Assembly (NCBI GenBank): GCA_964304625.1
Contig: OZ199838.1
Coordinates: 10,001,741-10,065,740, forward strand
Length of the DNA: 64,000 nucleotides
From: Kudoa neothunni
Taxonomy: Eukaryota; Animalia; Cnidaria
Reading direction: 5' to 3'
How positions within the stretch are numbered: the stretch's first letter is position 1; each line of letters starts with the position of its first letter. Positions 39,301 to 52,727 of the stretch are shown piece after piece. The notes under the pieces were generated by a model. That model did not search any database. It was not told where the DNA came from and saw only the letters and a program-made list of their open reading frames with translations. The position numbers and the translations under genes were made by a program.

Positions 39301-42300
39301 GCCTCTGGGAGTGAATCGAAGGCAAAAAATAATCAAATTTAGTCGAAACTAGTGGGTATCTAAATATTATCTATTATGCCGATAGCCACTTCTTATTAAT
39401 TATACGTATAAAAATAATCGATATCCAGCGAATTATGCTATTGCTAACGCATAATAATTAATATAGAGATTAAGCGCCAGTAATTTTTAGATGATTTATT
39501 TTCAGATAAATTTAAGAGCAAGTGAATTATTTATAGGTCATGCAATTTTCGAGTTAAATCGATTTTATCAAGATGGTTCGACGTTTAATTTTTCGGATTG
39601 TTTCAGAAAGCACACTTAATAAGAATGAGCAGAAAAAGATGTGATTTGAAGTATTATATTGAGAATTGAATTAATTTAGAAATTATTTAAAGTGTATCTG
39701 TTTACAAATACTACGAGTTGAAGTTACCTAAAAAACAAAACCATATGCAGACAAATTTTGCATTGTTGAAGCATTGTACAATAATAGAATCGTTAAATCG
39801 TGTCTCTCTTGGCTCCTTTCTTTATTTGGAGATCATTAAAATCTAAAAATAAAGGTTTATCTTGTTTCAGCTGTAGTGGATGATAGATTAACATTTAAAA
39901 TAAAAGATAATCACACAAGACCTAAAAGTTTGTCCTAAAAATATTGTCCCACTGCACGTTCACTTTCTAATGTTAAAACTTTTGTTGATAAGCGCTTACC
40001 TACATTTTTATAAAACAAGATTTTAGAAATGCCAATTCTTCTGACAATATTTTTTAAACAAACCGTTGTATTCTCTCGAACAAAAATTGTTGATTGGAGG
40101 TTAGGAATGTTCTTTCGGATGAGGGGACATCTCTTTCGAGAGATGAAATCTCTATGGTACTATAATTATATTAAAATTGTGAAATAAACATACAATTTTA
40201 TTATTTTCTATGCAATATTAACTTGTGTTTTTTTTGAGTCATAGAGATGTTTGCACAGATCTGTGTACAGTAAATAACCAGTTTCTCCTACTTTTTATAA
40301 ACCAAACCTATTTAATGAGACCATTGATTGGTCAATATTTATATAATATGTTTCTTATAATATTTAAATCAAAATTTCTATAAAAATTATTTTAAAAAGC
40401 TGCTAATTAATGTAACAAAAAGTCACGCGATCGACAATTGTACACTTTTTTCTGGTACCTCTTATTTGTTACTTAGTTAAGTCAATATTTATTTTTGAAA
40501 AACTCCTGTAACTATACCTATTGCCGAAAAATACAATATTACTTATTATTATGACAGTCTCCAATCTAATGACCCAAAAACTGCCACTGTATCACGTTTT
40601 CAAATATCTATTATCTCGACTTCTAATGGCATCCTAGAGATAAAAAATAAAATAATAAAAATCTATAAATATTTTTAGAATCTAAAAATAGGAATTATTT
40701 GCATGCAGGATAAATTAATTCTGTTGATGAAGATGTATATGAGTGGATTAGGTGGACATGGAGCAAAAAGGTTGTAGTAAGCGTCGTCACGATAATCATC
40801 AAGAGAAATCGATTAGTCAAAGAAAAAGGTTTGTCTTCGTGTGCAATTATGCAATTCGTTGAGGGTTTTGTTATTTTAAAAAAAGGCCCAACATTAAAAA
40901 ATCAAATTTTATTAGCTAATCTGCTATTGCTAAACCTGAAACTACTTCAGAGTGTACCAATCAAATCTGGACATTTTTTAAAAGATTTTCTGAAAATTTT
41001 ATTTACGGTGTAGACAAAACTGCCTTATTCTACCGATAGAAACAAGGGGAGTATTTCATAGATCGTTGAAAAATATTTTTGTGCTGTTAACACGTTTATC
41101 GAGTTTTAATCATCTTTTAAAAATTAATATTTAGTTAATTGGTCTTTTTAAACGCAACCTAATCATTAGTAAATGTCAATTTTTTCAGAAATAATTGTGC
41201 ACTTTTTTCTCGGGCCCAAGGGGATTACGTGAAATTGGTTTCTTACTGTATAATCTCCTTTATGTATAAATGCACTGAAAAACTCGACGTTTATTTATAG
41301 GCATCGATTTAAACTGTCGATTCCCTCAAAAATAAACGTCGAAAATTGCATGCTCTAACGATAATGAAAAATAATAGGACTATTTTTTCGACGACACACG
41401 CGCAAACATATTAAAAAAATTAATTTCCATGCTAAAGTTCCTCAAGTTTCTTGGGATTAATTTGTAATAAGACAATTTATTATATTAAATTATTATTTGA
41501 TTTTCGACTTGAGCTATCATTGAGCTTATTTTTTATAGGCTCTCAATTAGATTTCCTCATACAACAATCGAATATTAATGATCTGGATTATGTAATTTGT
41601 TGATGATTTTATTTTCGGAGTAATAGTTAAAAATATTATTTTTGAAAGATTACCGAAAAAACTAAAAATATTCTTAATTGCTGTTTGACTTTGAACTTGG
41701 CTGACAGACCGACTACTCAAGAAATTCTGGATCGTTTCTATGGCGACAAAAACGACAATCTCACATCTTCAACTCCATCATTTTGGGATGATGCTGATTC
41801 TCATTTTGGTATAGATCAATTCGTGAAGTACCATATGGAAAGTGATAATTATTTCATGTTATTAATGGATAATTGTAATTCTGATGTAAAGGAAACGAAC
41901 AACTTTATCATCCCTTTTACTTTCTACCACTTAAAGAGATATTCTATTTATGGAAAATTGCCGGAGGAAATCTCTACAATGAGTTAACCAACCAGCGTGT
42001 TCTTAAAACCTATCCACCAATACTCACACTCCCAGAGTTGATTTTTATGTGGTGGACTATCTGAATTAATTCTGTGTTGTAGAATAATCTTCGTTGACGG
42101 ACAAAGCCACTCTCCATCCTTCATACCTAGCGATGTTTTTGATGATAGAGTGATAATGATTTCGCTTGATAATATCTATCAAGTAATTTTCATTATAATT
42201 CAAAATCTTTGAATATTTATCGACACAGCTGAACGTGATTAGAGAATGTTAAAAATTTCATAAACGTGGCTATTGTCGCATACATTCGTAAAATTTCGAG

Positions 42301-45300
42301 AGACACCAATTTATGTGGTTGTTTTTAAAATTGAGTATATAGAAAGTTCTTTGAGATTGAAACTTTTCATATATGTGTAAAGTTTAATGTTAATGTGCTG
42401 TGTAAGTTAAATGCCCACAAATGGAAATGGGGGCTGATGACAAATTTTAAGGTGGTTTTATTTGTTATATGTGTATATTTTCCTGTGTTAAATTTTGAAT
42501 TGAGGTAGTTATTTGAAGTTTTATATTTCTTAAGCTATTAACAGGAACCATATAGATTTTAAGCGATTTGACGCATGCGTACAATAAAAACAACCTCTTA
42601 AAGAATTTTCGACAAAATTTTAATAGCTGCGCATGTGAAATGTTTTTATTAAATAAAAATGGAGATTTAAAATCTTAATTGACACTTTTTCGTCGAATAA
42701 TTTATTCCATACAAAAAAATAACAATATTGTGGTACGCGCTTCGTTTAATTCCCATTTTTATCATGTAATTTTTTCCGAAAAAGATACAAAAAATATAAA
42801 TTGTATGAACTATTTTTCTGAATTTATTTGAATAAAATATTTAACTCATTTTGATTCAATTTTAATGATTTTTATACTTACCAATGTTATAGATAATTAG
42901 TTATACACAAAATTAATAGACCACATACTTACATAATTAAATAAGATTGTTAAAATTTTATTGAGAAAGAACTGTGTTAAATGCTTTTCCATTATTGATT
43001 AAAATTTTGTTTATGATATTTAGTATAAAACTTTATTAACAAAACCGTTCAAGAATTTTTTGAAACGATTTAGTTTTGAGTAAAATATTCTAAAATAAAT
43101 CAAAGATGAATAACGCTTAAAATGAATAATGCACCTTTTCCATCTTTAACGATATCTATTGGATTATAGATGCTTAAAGACGTTGAGTGTATGGTATATC
43201 GCCCTATTATTCTTGCAGATGAGTATGGTTATTGGCTTTTGTTTCAATGTCGATAAATTTTCATAGCGAGATTCCTCAAAGTTGTATAGACTCGATTAAT
43301 CTTCCTAAATGTATCAAAGAGAGGATAACAGTTTACCAAGTTAACTTTCATAATGTGGGCGATTTTACATCTAAACTTGTTTAGTTATATAGAATGGGCC
43401 TGTTTAGAAAACTATTGCTGGAAGTATTGCCTTGAATTGTTCAACTGGCAAACTGACGAACAATATTTTAGGGGTATCCTTACACAAAGCAAAAAATATT
43501 TAAACAATCCAAAATTGATATTCCTCCTTTGTATCGAAATCTTGCATGGGCCGCTCTTTTAGATGTGCCGGTGAGTGGAGTTTTTTTGAATCCGCATAAA
43601 TTTTCTGTATTATTTTCGACAATGTACTACAAAAATAAACATGTAGATAAATTACAGAGAAAAATACGAGTCATTAGACAAAACTACACCTAACCCAATA
43701 GATCGTCAGATTGATGTTGATATACCCCGTTGTCATCAATACAGTGAAATCATGTCATCTCCTGAAGCTCACCTGAAACTTAAACGAGTCCTCAAAGCCT
43801 GGGTTTCTAATCAGACTTCACTTGTCTATTGGCAAGGTAAAATAGTTTGTTTAATCACCATTTATAAATTCATTGTTTTAACCTACTATACGTAAAGGTT
43901 TGGATTCGTTGCTGGCTCCCTTTCTATCGCTCAACATGGATAACGAAGGTTGTTTACTAAGAAAATTATAGGTGTAATTAATAATTTTACAGCTCTGGCA
44001 CATGCTTCTCTTGAAAAATTTGTCAACAAATTTTGTTACAATATATTCATTAAGAATAATTCACTTGTAATGCAAGGTAAATAGTAATTAATTGAGTACA
44101 TCAGACACACATTGATATCTCGTCACATTGTAGAATATCTTTTTGTATTTTTTCACCTACTTGCCTATCACGACCCAAAATTGTATATGCATATGAAAGA
44201 AATAAATTTTGAGCCCGAAGTGATAACATTGTTAGAAATGACTGTCGAATGAACCTAATTTTTAGTTGTTCGCTATACCATGGTTTCTCACAATGTTTTC
44301 ACGTAAGTGCTTATGTCACCAGAGAATTACAATGTTAAATTTAAAGATGTATTTCCACTCGATAAAATCTACCATCTTTGGGATATTTTACTCCTTGGTA
44401 CATCAGTTCTCCCGATGTGTTTTGCAGTTGCCATTTTGGTTATTTTGAGGGAAAAACTAATTAGCAATAATTTTAATGGATGTATTTCCATATTTTCAAA
44501 CGTGACGGGTAATCGAAAACTCAATGTTGGAGTTATATTAAGTAAATTGATTGGATGTAGGTGTCGATGTGGAATCCTGTATGAATATTGGTATGTGTAT
44601 ATACGATAAAACACCTCCCAGTGTTGCGGTGAGGAATTACGACAACCCCGAAAGTTTTAAAAATCATGACATTGGAGCCCAATTTTTACAATTTCCTGTA
44701 TGGAATTGAGAATCATATTATTACCAACAGTACAATTGGTCATTATGTCCCTATATTTGTAGGACAAAGAACCTTTAAATTTGAGCGCGCTTAAAAATGA
44801 AAATTGCCCTCGAATTTCTTGCAAAGATGCTATCATTATACTGTACAACGCTATACTCGAAAAATCGCCCTTTCTACTGGAAGAAAGTAGCTATTTATAT
44901 ATGTTCTGTTCATTAATATCCAATTAGTTCATTCTAACAATATCCACCCCAACAATATGGTTTCATTTCTGATTCAAAAATGCAATCCAAATTCAACCAA
45001 CGATTTGTCAGTACTTTTCATTGACTTACGTACTGTGGAAGAGTATCTTTTTTTGGACAAAATTGTACACAAAATTCGTCATACTAATACTGCTATTTAT
45101 GCACAGATATCGAGCTGGACATTTGCCTGCAAGTATAAACAGACCCTTATCTAGTTTGAACCTACACCAGAACCCTTTTACCGATATTCGATTACCTGAT
45201 AAATCTAAAAATAAAACCGTTGTAATATGCTCAAATAGAGTTACCGATGCTTCTCAAGTAGATTTTTCTTTCTTTCAGAAACTGGTTCAATTAAGATTTT

Positions 45301-45408
45301 TTGTAGGTTGGTTCATTGCTTGTGAGGGATGGCCGTCGTTTTGTAAGCGTCTTGGATATACCCATGCACTCCTTGGCTGAATATTGTATTTTTATTGCTT
45401 CTAGCTAA
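36353..45408 (+). CDS. TBCK: TBC1 domain-containing (pseudo)kinase with C-terminal rhodanese domain, multi-exon
   Basis: [27 protein letters not shown]; [17 protein letters not shown]; TBC motifs [51 protein letters not shown]; rhodanese [20 protein letters not shown]; stop TAA 45406-45408. Confidence 0.93.
37900..39020 (-). mobile_element. IS630/Tc1 (approx. DD34E) transposase remnant in a TBCK intron
   Basis: [44 protein letters not shown] (one frameshift). Confidence 0.85.
40268..41248 (+). mobile_element. Deleted pogo/Tigger element in a TBCK intron
   Basis: TA|CAGTAAATAACCAGTTTC ... GAAATTGGTTTCTTACTG|TA; remnants VDEDVYEWI and [11 protein letters not shown]. Confidence 0.7.
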
Positions 45409-45818
45409 TTTTATTCGCTATTTTTAATTAATTTTTATGAAATTTCACCAGTTTCTGTTTATTTGCTAATGTATCAATATGTATCCAACTTATTATGTTT
45501 AACCGTTAGTCAAACGCGTTGAGTTGATCTCTGGTTAAAATAACCTCGAGGATGTTATGTTAAACTTAAAACGTCATTTTAACGTTTATTCACACAATTA
45601 ACGTCCAACCTTTTTAATTTTAAAATTATAGTTAAGGGAATATAGTAGACAATCGGTTTCACGCAATCCGTTTGGACCATGGGTAAATGTGCAAAACTGG
45701 CCACGTCTAACTTGAACACTCACAGCGCGCGCATATTTACACATGCGTATTAAAAAAAATTGAATTTCGTAAATTAAATAGTTGATTATTTTAACCTGAT
45801 TAAAATTTATTGAAATGA

Positions 45819-47439
45819 TCTACTATATATAAAGCTGAAGTGTACGTGTCCGCGTGTGCACACATTTTTCATTCATTATACAGACATATCGCTCCATTTA
45901 ACCACACATATGGAATGATAAAATTTTAATTTAATACAGAAAAATACATTAAAAATTATTAAAGATTTGCATCCTACGAAATGACTAAAAACATTTTCAC
46001 GTGGTATGATTGGTATGGCTTTAGGATTTATGCGAACATATAGATCATTTCGTTGAAGCCTAAAGAGTTAATTTTAAACGCACCATAATGTTTATTTTAC
46101 TTTAACTTATTGAAAAGTAATTTAAAAATTGAATTAGTTCAATTAAGGAAGGTAATATTAGGTTATGCAGTCAAGCATTAATAAGAAATTCATTTGTTAA
46201 TGTTTAACAAGATTAGTCATATTCATATGGTATAACTTAGAGATTACTGTGGATAACAAGGAGAAAATCGATTTTTTAGGGATCCTAAAATGGATATTTA
46301 AATGCTCAGTAGTGTTTGTTCGTTTTTAAAATATTAAAAAAGGTTTACGCGTCCAATTAATTAGGGTAAATTTATTAAAATACAATTTAGGACTAACTAC
46401 AATGACTGTATACGAACTTAGTGCGATATCGACGTACAATCGGAACAAAGCCGTTCCCTACAATTTGTTCTACTAATTGATTGCTCTGTCAAAATTTTTT
46501 CGTATTTATTTTTATCCTAGAAATTAATATGAATAACTTGAAAATCTTAAGCCAAGCATATTGGGATCATAGTGTAATTTCCATTTTATTTAGAAGTTTA
46601 AGATTCTTTTACTTTTTTTATTAAAAACAGTTAGTTACATTAATTATTCCAAAATGTGTTTATAACGAATAACAGAGAACGATCAGATAACTCATTGGTT
46701 GCAGCGTTTTATATATTAATGCGTTACAAAATAAAAAAAAATTAAAGAAACCTCATGTGATATTTTTTTATTTTCTTTAAGTGTAAGTTTTTATGAACGC
46801 ACTATGTAAAACGTAACAATTAACGGTCAAAAAACCTAAGTAGATCATATATTCACATACCAAAGTTTGGTATTTCAGTAGATTATAAATATATGGCGTA
46901 ATATTACACTTTATAACCAAACACTAAATAATAAATGTTTATTATTAGATTTTACGCCATTTTTATTGTGTTGATTAGATAAATAATAAAAAAATTCTAA
47001 AAAATTGTATATTTTGATTTGTGAATTTCTATTGTGTTTTTTATATCTGCAAGCAATACACACATTTTAAACGAAGAAAATTTATTTCATTTGTTGTATC
47101 ATTAATTGCAATGAAAATTTCTTCATAAGGAATAAGTCTATTTAAATTGTTAAAAAGAATTAGATGAAGACATCAGCTTCAGGATTCATAGTTGAACAAA
47201 ATATTATGCATTTTCACGCGGATAATCTAATTTTTTATTAATCTGATTTTTGCGCTATCAAAATGACTTTACTGAATTAGATCCGTAATTATGTTGTGAC
47301 ATTTTACAGAATAAAATGAACCTTTCCTCTTTATGTTTTATTTCCTTTATATTTTAGTAAAATGTTACAAATTACAAAAGAATTGGTTACGTAAAAACAT
47401 TGGGTAGGGACCCAGAGCGTGAGTCAGTGTTTGCGCTAG
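45819..47439 (+). mobile_element. Non-autonomous Helitron
   Basis: A|TCTACTATATATAAAGC 5' end and GCGCTAG|T 3' end; internal 46130-46350 is homologous to 5370-5600. Confidence 0.65.
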
Positions 47440-48188
47440 TTAAAAATATATCTTTCTGTAAGGAAGCTAATATAATCGATTGATATTTTTTGTGGAAATC
47501 GTAAAATCATTTTAATTAATTTTTTTATAATAATTACTCACGACATTAATCTGTACCCTTTTAAAACTTTAAAAATGTTACCTCTTTTTAAAATTCTTTG
47601 AAAACCCGGTATAGGGTTATCTTAAATTGAATTATATTAACTGTTTGGCACCTCTTTGAGAAATACTCCCAATTTTTTATTATTTTTTCATTAATATTAA
47701 TTAATTGTCTAAACAAAATGCACCTAGAAACGGCTGAAACTGAACAAATCACGTGTCCAGAAATATGGATTTTTTTTAAATTTTTATATAATATTTATTT
47801 CTAATCTACTTCGTTAATATGTTAAAAAATATATATTATATATTCAACTATTCAAATTTTATTGTATTCAAAAGGTGAGAAATACCAGTAATTGACTATA
47901 ACTTTTTTTATTTTATGAATAGACTTACTGAAGAATCTAAAGTGAGGCATGACGAAAACGATAAATTTTATATATCCAACATGCAGGAATACGTAGAATT
48001 TATGAAACTCTAGGAAATCTTATGTATTCACGTCAAAATAACGAAAGAATTGCAAAAAAGACAACTAACGCGGTGGCTGTTAAGAGGAAACTAAAAATTA
48101 AATTCTTAACTAAGAAGTACACAAATAAGGTTGTTTTTTACAGTAACACACCATCAGTGGAGATCACTGAGATGTGTTATAAGTGTCT

Positions 48189-49467
48189 TTATACAAAAGG
48201 ATAAGAGAGGACAAAGTCTGAGTTTTCTGGCCGATTTAATATTTCCCTACATTTGTTAACTTTGTGAATCCATTTTGAGCACACGATCTCGTGAAGTTTA
48301 ATTCTTTGTGATGGATGAAATGTCAACATTTGAGAGATAATATTTTGAGACTCAACAGGTATAGATCGTTCTGTGTGTTTTACGAGGTATCTAATTACAT
48401 CAGAGGAGATGATAGAAACTACTTCTGTGTTGGATAGACCCGAAAAGATGGTTTTCGAGGTAAGCATCTTACAAACAACTACCCCTAAGCTCCATATGTC
48501 ACTTTTGAATGGATTGTACGGTTGGGCTAAGATGATAACGTGTTAATATGTTTTATGCAGTAATAATGACAAATTACCCGAACGAATTTCCGGTGCTTTA
48601 TAGGCTCTAGTACCACAGAATACATCACAAGTTTGTGAGCGTTCTCTTAACTTTTTAGAAAAACCAAAATCTACCAAAACAACTTCGGAACATTCACAAT
48701 CTCCTACAAATGGATAGTAAATTATTCAACATAATTTTTAAAAAACTTAACACCAGTTGTGAAAAATTTTAAGTGGACCTAATGAGAATGTACTTGAATT
48801 TCGAATGATGATATTATCGGGCTTGATATCTCGATGAGCAATTTGTTTTGAGTGCAAATAGCCGAGAGCACAAACAAGCTCACAGGTGTAAACTGTTACG
48901 GTTTCAAAAGGTAGATAACTGTATCTGCTGATTTGTTCACTTAAAGTCACTGATCCAGGATAGCTCATTATGATATAGATGATGTTATCGAATGAGAAGA
49001 AATGATAGGTTTTGCACACTCCCGAATGACTCAATCCTTTCACCGCTTCACATTCTTCCTTCGCATGTTTCATCATATTTTCAGGTGCATGGCGGAGATT
49101 GATCATTTTGATTGCAAGAGGTTGTCCAGAATGTAGAAATCTTCCCGAAACTATCTTGGCCTACAACCAATCATAAAAGCAAAACAATATATTTATTCGA
49201 TTATATTAAAATCCACCCTAACAGATCTGTTATTTATTTGTTTATTACTTTGGTGTAGTTTCCCCTAGCTATAAGATGGTCTTCTCTTATTATTCCTTTG
49301 CAGTCGAGTAGGTAGTCGATGTTATATTTTTTGCTTTTGGTCATTGAAGGGGTCAATGAGAAATCATGAAAGATAATGTTCGAGTTGTGTGAGTTGATGG
49401 AGTTGTGAGTAAAACTTAAACTATTGTTCCCACTATTTGGGCGTTTGCCACCACCAACAAATTCCAT
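48189..49467 (-). CDS. Ser/Thr protein kinase, CAMK group, TSSK-like
   Basis: IARGNYTKV, LAIKMI, HRDIKPDNIII, LVDFGFSK, FCGTRAYKAPE, YNPFKSDIWSLGVV; short introns. Confidence 0.85.
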
Positions 49468-50599
49468 ATTTTTGTCCAAATAGACCAAACTAAAGTGTTG
49501 ATAAATTGTCGTTGTTTTGGTTGTTGGTTATGTCGACGAATCTATCTAATAGCTATTAGTGATTGTTGTAAAACAGTGGATCACTTTGATCAATTACTAC
49601 AACAAATTACAACTCTGTCTGTTATCTCTATGGTCGTTAAATCAAATTTAAATAAACCAATTCGTTTGAAAATAAATGCTTTTTGATAAAATAACGATTA
49701 TTAAGCTATAAAATTCGATTAATTTTCAATATACACGTTAGCAACAATTTAAACATTAAAACGACGTTATTATCATTATTGTTATCCCCATTAGTTACAT
49801 TATTTACAAATAAATTCTATGATTTGGATATCTTATTGAAATATATTTCATTCTTTATTGTTTTTAAAATGAAGCCATTATTGATGAAAGAATTCAGCAA
49901 AATTTCATATTTATCCAAAATGGTTAAAGTGACAACGGATGCATTACTGTTGTTTTAGATAACTTAATATTACAACCGCAATACGTAAACCACCCAATCC
50001 TAATATGTACGGCTTACATCTTGCATAGCTATTTGATAGAATTCATCGCAATCTATTAGACAATAATCAAATTACCTAATTTTCCCCTTGTCCTTTCTGA
50101 AACTTTTTTTTCGATGTTTACCCCCTTTTCTGAAACACAACCACTGTGGCTCAAGTCGGAATTTTTTGGATTAATATTTATGACAGCTAATTTTGTACCG
50201 AAAGCAATTATTGCTATTAATTTTTTCAGCGTCATTTAATTTTAATACGATTTATTACACTTAGATTTAATTGCATGGTGTGAAAACTTCATTAATTTTG
50301 TTTATATGATATTTCGTAGCTATATAAAAATATATGGCTTGACAATGTTAACATTAAATATTTCAGAAGTTGTGATTTTTCCCAGCGGCCAAACAAGTAA
50401 ACTAACGCTACAAAAATATGCCCCCATTTAGGAGAAGATTCATCCGATGTAGAGATTTGAATCAGTGATAATTATTATTTTAGATGCGAATCACCCAATT
50501 ATAATTTATGATCCTAATAGGTAAATATATCACAATCAATTTAGTTATTGTTATCTAACCAAAAGCAAACCACAAAATATCGTTCTACATATTGAATGA

Positions 50600-52500
50600 A
50601 TCTTGTTGCTTTATTGAGTAATTTTCGTAGTGATTTTTATCTTCTACATAATTAAAACGTTCGTTCAGTCACACTCTTATTCTGCCGTTATGAGATTAGG
50701 CTTTATTTAATGAAGTTTCCTGTGTTAGAATGTCGCATTTATCATCAAATTAAAGAATTTGATTATGAATTTTTTGATTTAAATTCTTTAAATCAATAAT
50801 CATGAAAATGAACCTCTTTCAACCGCTTCAAATCTTATAGCATATAAATCATGTTGTGGCATATTCATCTCTTAACCGGCTACCGTTTTAGTTCGATGAT
50901 TTCCAATAATTCCATTGACTAATATTCAATGTCTCATCATCATCAGTTTTCAATTCCCTGCTGAATTGTATCGAATCTTTAAATTCTAGTTGTGACGTAA
51001 TGCTATTGAATTTTTGGGTAGAATTAATTCCATAGTTTACTCTGCAGAATGTTTCTGTTTATACCAAAATTATTGTTTACTATATTATAATAAACTATTA
51101 TATGAACAAGAAGTAGAATGTGACATTTTCAATGCTTTTTTGATTTTACTCCATCCTACTTTTATCCTAGATGTGGGTAGTTTTTATTAAGAAATAACGT
51201 TTTTAATACAATTTTGCAAGCTAATTGATCCATGCATACATTTTTACCATATCTACATAATTTTTAACTATGACGTTTAACAACTTCAAATTTACGTTTT
51301 TCTGGATTGTTATCGATAACAGTGTTAAACTATAAGAAAAATATTTTAAACATTAATTCATCAAAGCTTATTTTTTTAGTTAAGCAGATTTAATATTCTT
51401 AACTTATACATAGTCTCATTAAAGTTGGAATCAGCAATTCTGTTCTTTTCCAATTTTTAAATGTGTCTTTTGACTCTTTTTATGCAATTCTTCCAATTTC
51501 GTATATTAAGTTAAATGCTAATCGTATGTTCAGTGCTCGTCAATAATACAATATTTCCAGATTGCGTTGCAAGTTTTGCAAATAAAACATTATTTTATGG
51601 CATAATTTAATTTTTCAAATTAGTTTTCAAAAGGCTCAAATTTCAAACATTTTATGTGGTATTTTTTTGAAATTCTCTGACAATTCTTAAGGTGCCCCGC
51701 TGCTAGTTTAGTTGCAGCATCTTACATGTTATTAACAAACTCGTTCTCGTCTTTAAGATTTGACAAGTGAACAAATCATAATTTCATTAAAATCGATAAA
51801 GTGGAAAGTGTTATGCATAATTCTAATTGTCCATAACTTTTAAGAACCCATGGTGATAATGAGCGAAACATTTTTCGATAAAATTGATTTCACTCTTAGG
51901 TTAGCGCTTGTTCTACTAGCCGATCTACCAAACTTCCACCTGAATAGAGATAATCCAGCTTTATGCAAAAACAAAGTTTCATCATATTCTGATTTACGTT
52001 TTAATAATTCCATGATGTAAATTTCAAAAAAATTATAAAATCAGCATAAATTATTTTATGAATATTTTTCCGAGAATTTCTGACTTGAAGAACAGGTGCA
52101 CATCTTAATGAATATTTAAAATTATTAACCACATCGCTAACACAATGCTGTGACACATTTAAGCTTAATTTAGTAAATAATTTTTTACAACTTGCCTTTA
52201 ACAAAATGATGCAATCGTCTTGAATTATATATTTGATGAAGTCTCTATGAATGTCAGTTAATTTTTGCGTTATGCTTTCTTCTTGTTTGGAAGCAAAAAG
52301 TCATTCGTTTATTTATATTTATTGAAAATCCAGCTTATTATGCTTTCATGAGGTTTCTTAATAAGGAATATTTCGTTATTGTATTGACTCCTCTACAGCG
52401 AATTGTACAATGGCACTGACCATTCTTACAGATCGGTATAATTCCTTCTTATGCATGGTCAATTCTTACGCTAAACTATCTGTTAGAATGATTGAGATAT
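50600..52500 (-). mobile_element. Heavily decayed hAT-like transposase remnant
   Basis: Fragmentary minus-strand CFAH motif (~51860) and LKRLK-like dimerisation-domain traces (~50820); many stops. Confidence 0.35.
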
Positions 52501-52727
52501 AATAAAATTTATTCCTCTAGTTTTTAAAATTATTTTTTATTTTCTCATTTATGCGGATTTTTTGTTTTTTTAATTACTGATGAGTATTATCGGTTTATTA
52601 TGTTTATATATTGAATTCGCTTAAAATGCACCTATTCGTCAATATAACAATTTATTAAACATGTTTTTGAGGATTCAAATAATATTCTCTATATCCTTTA
52701 TCTATTATCTTCTTCTACTATCTACTA

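Noticed and set aside
45043-45106. U12-type intron in TBCK (GTATCTTT)
   Set aside because: Not GTATCCTT, no TCCTTAAC branch site, and a U2-type TACTAAT is present.
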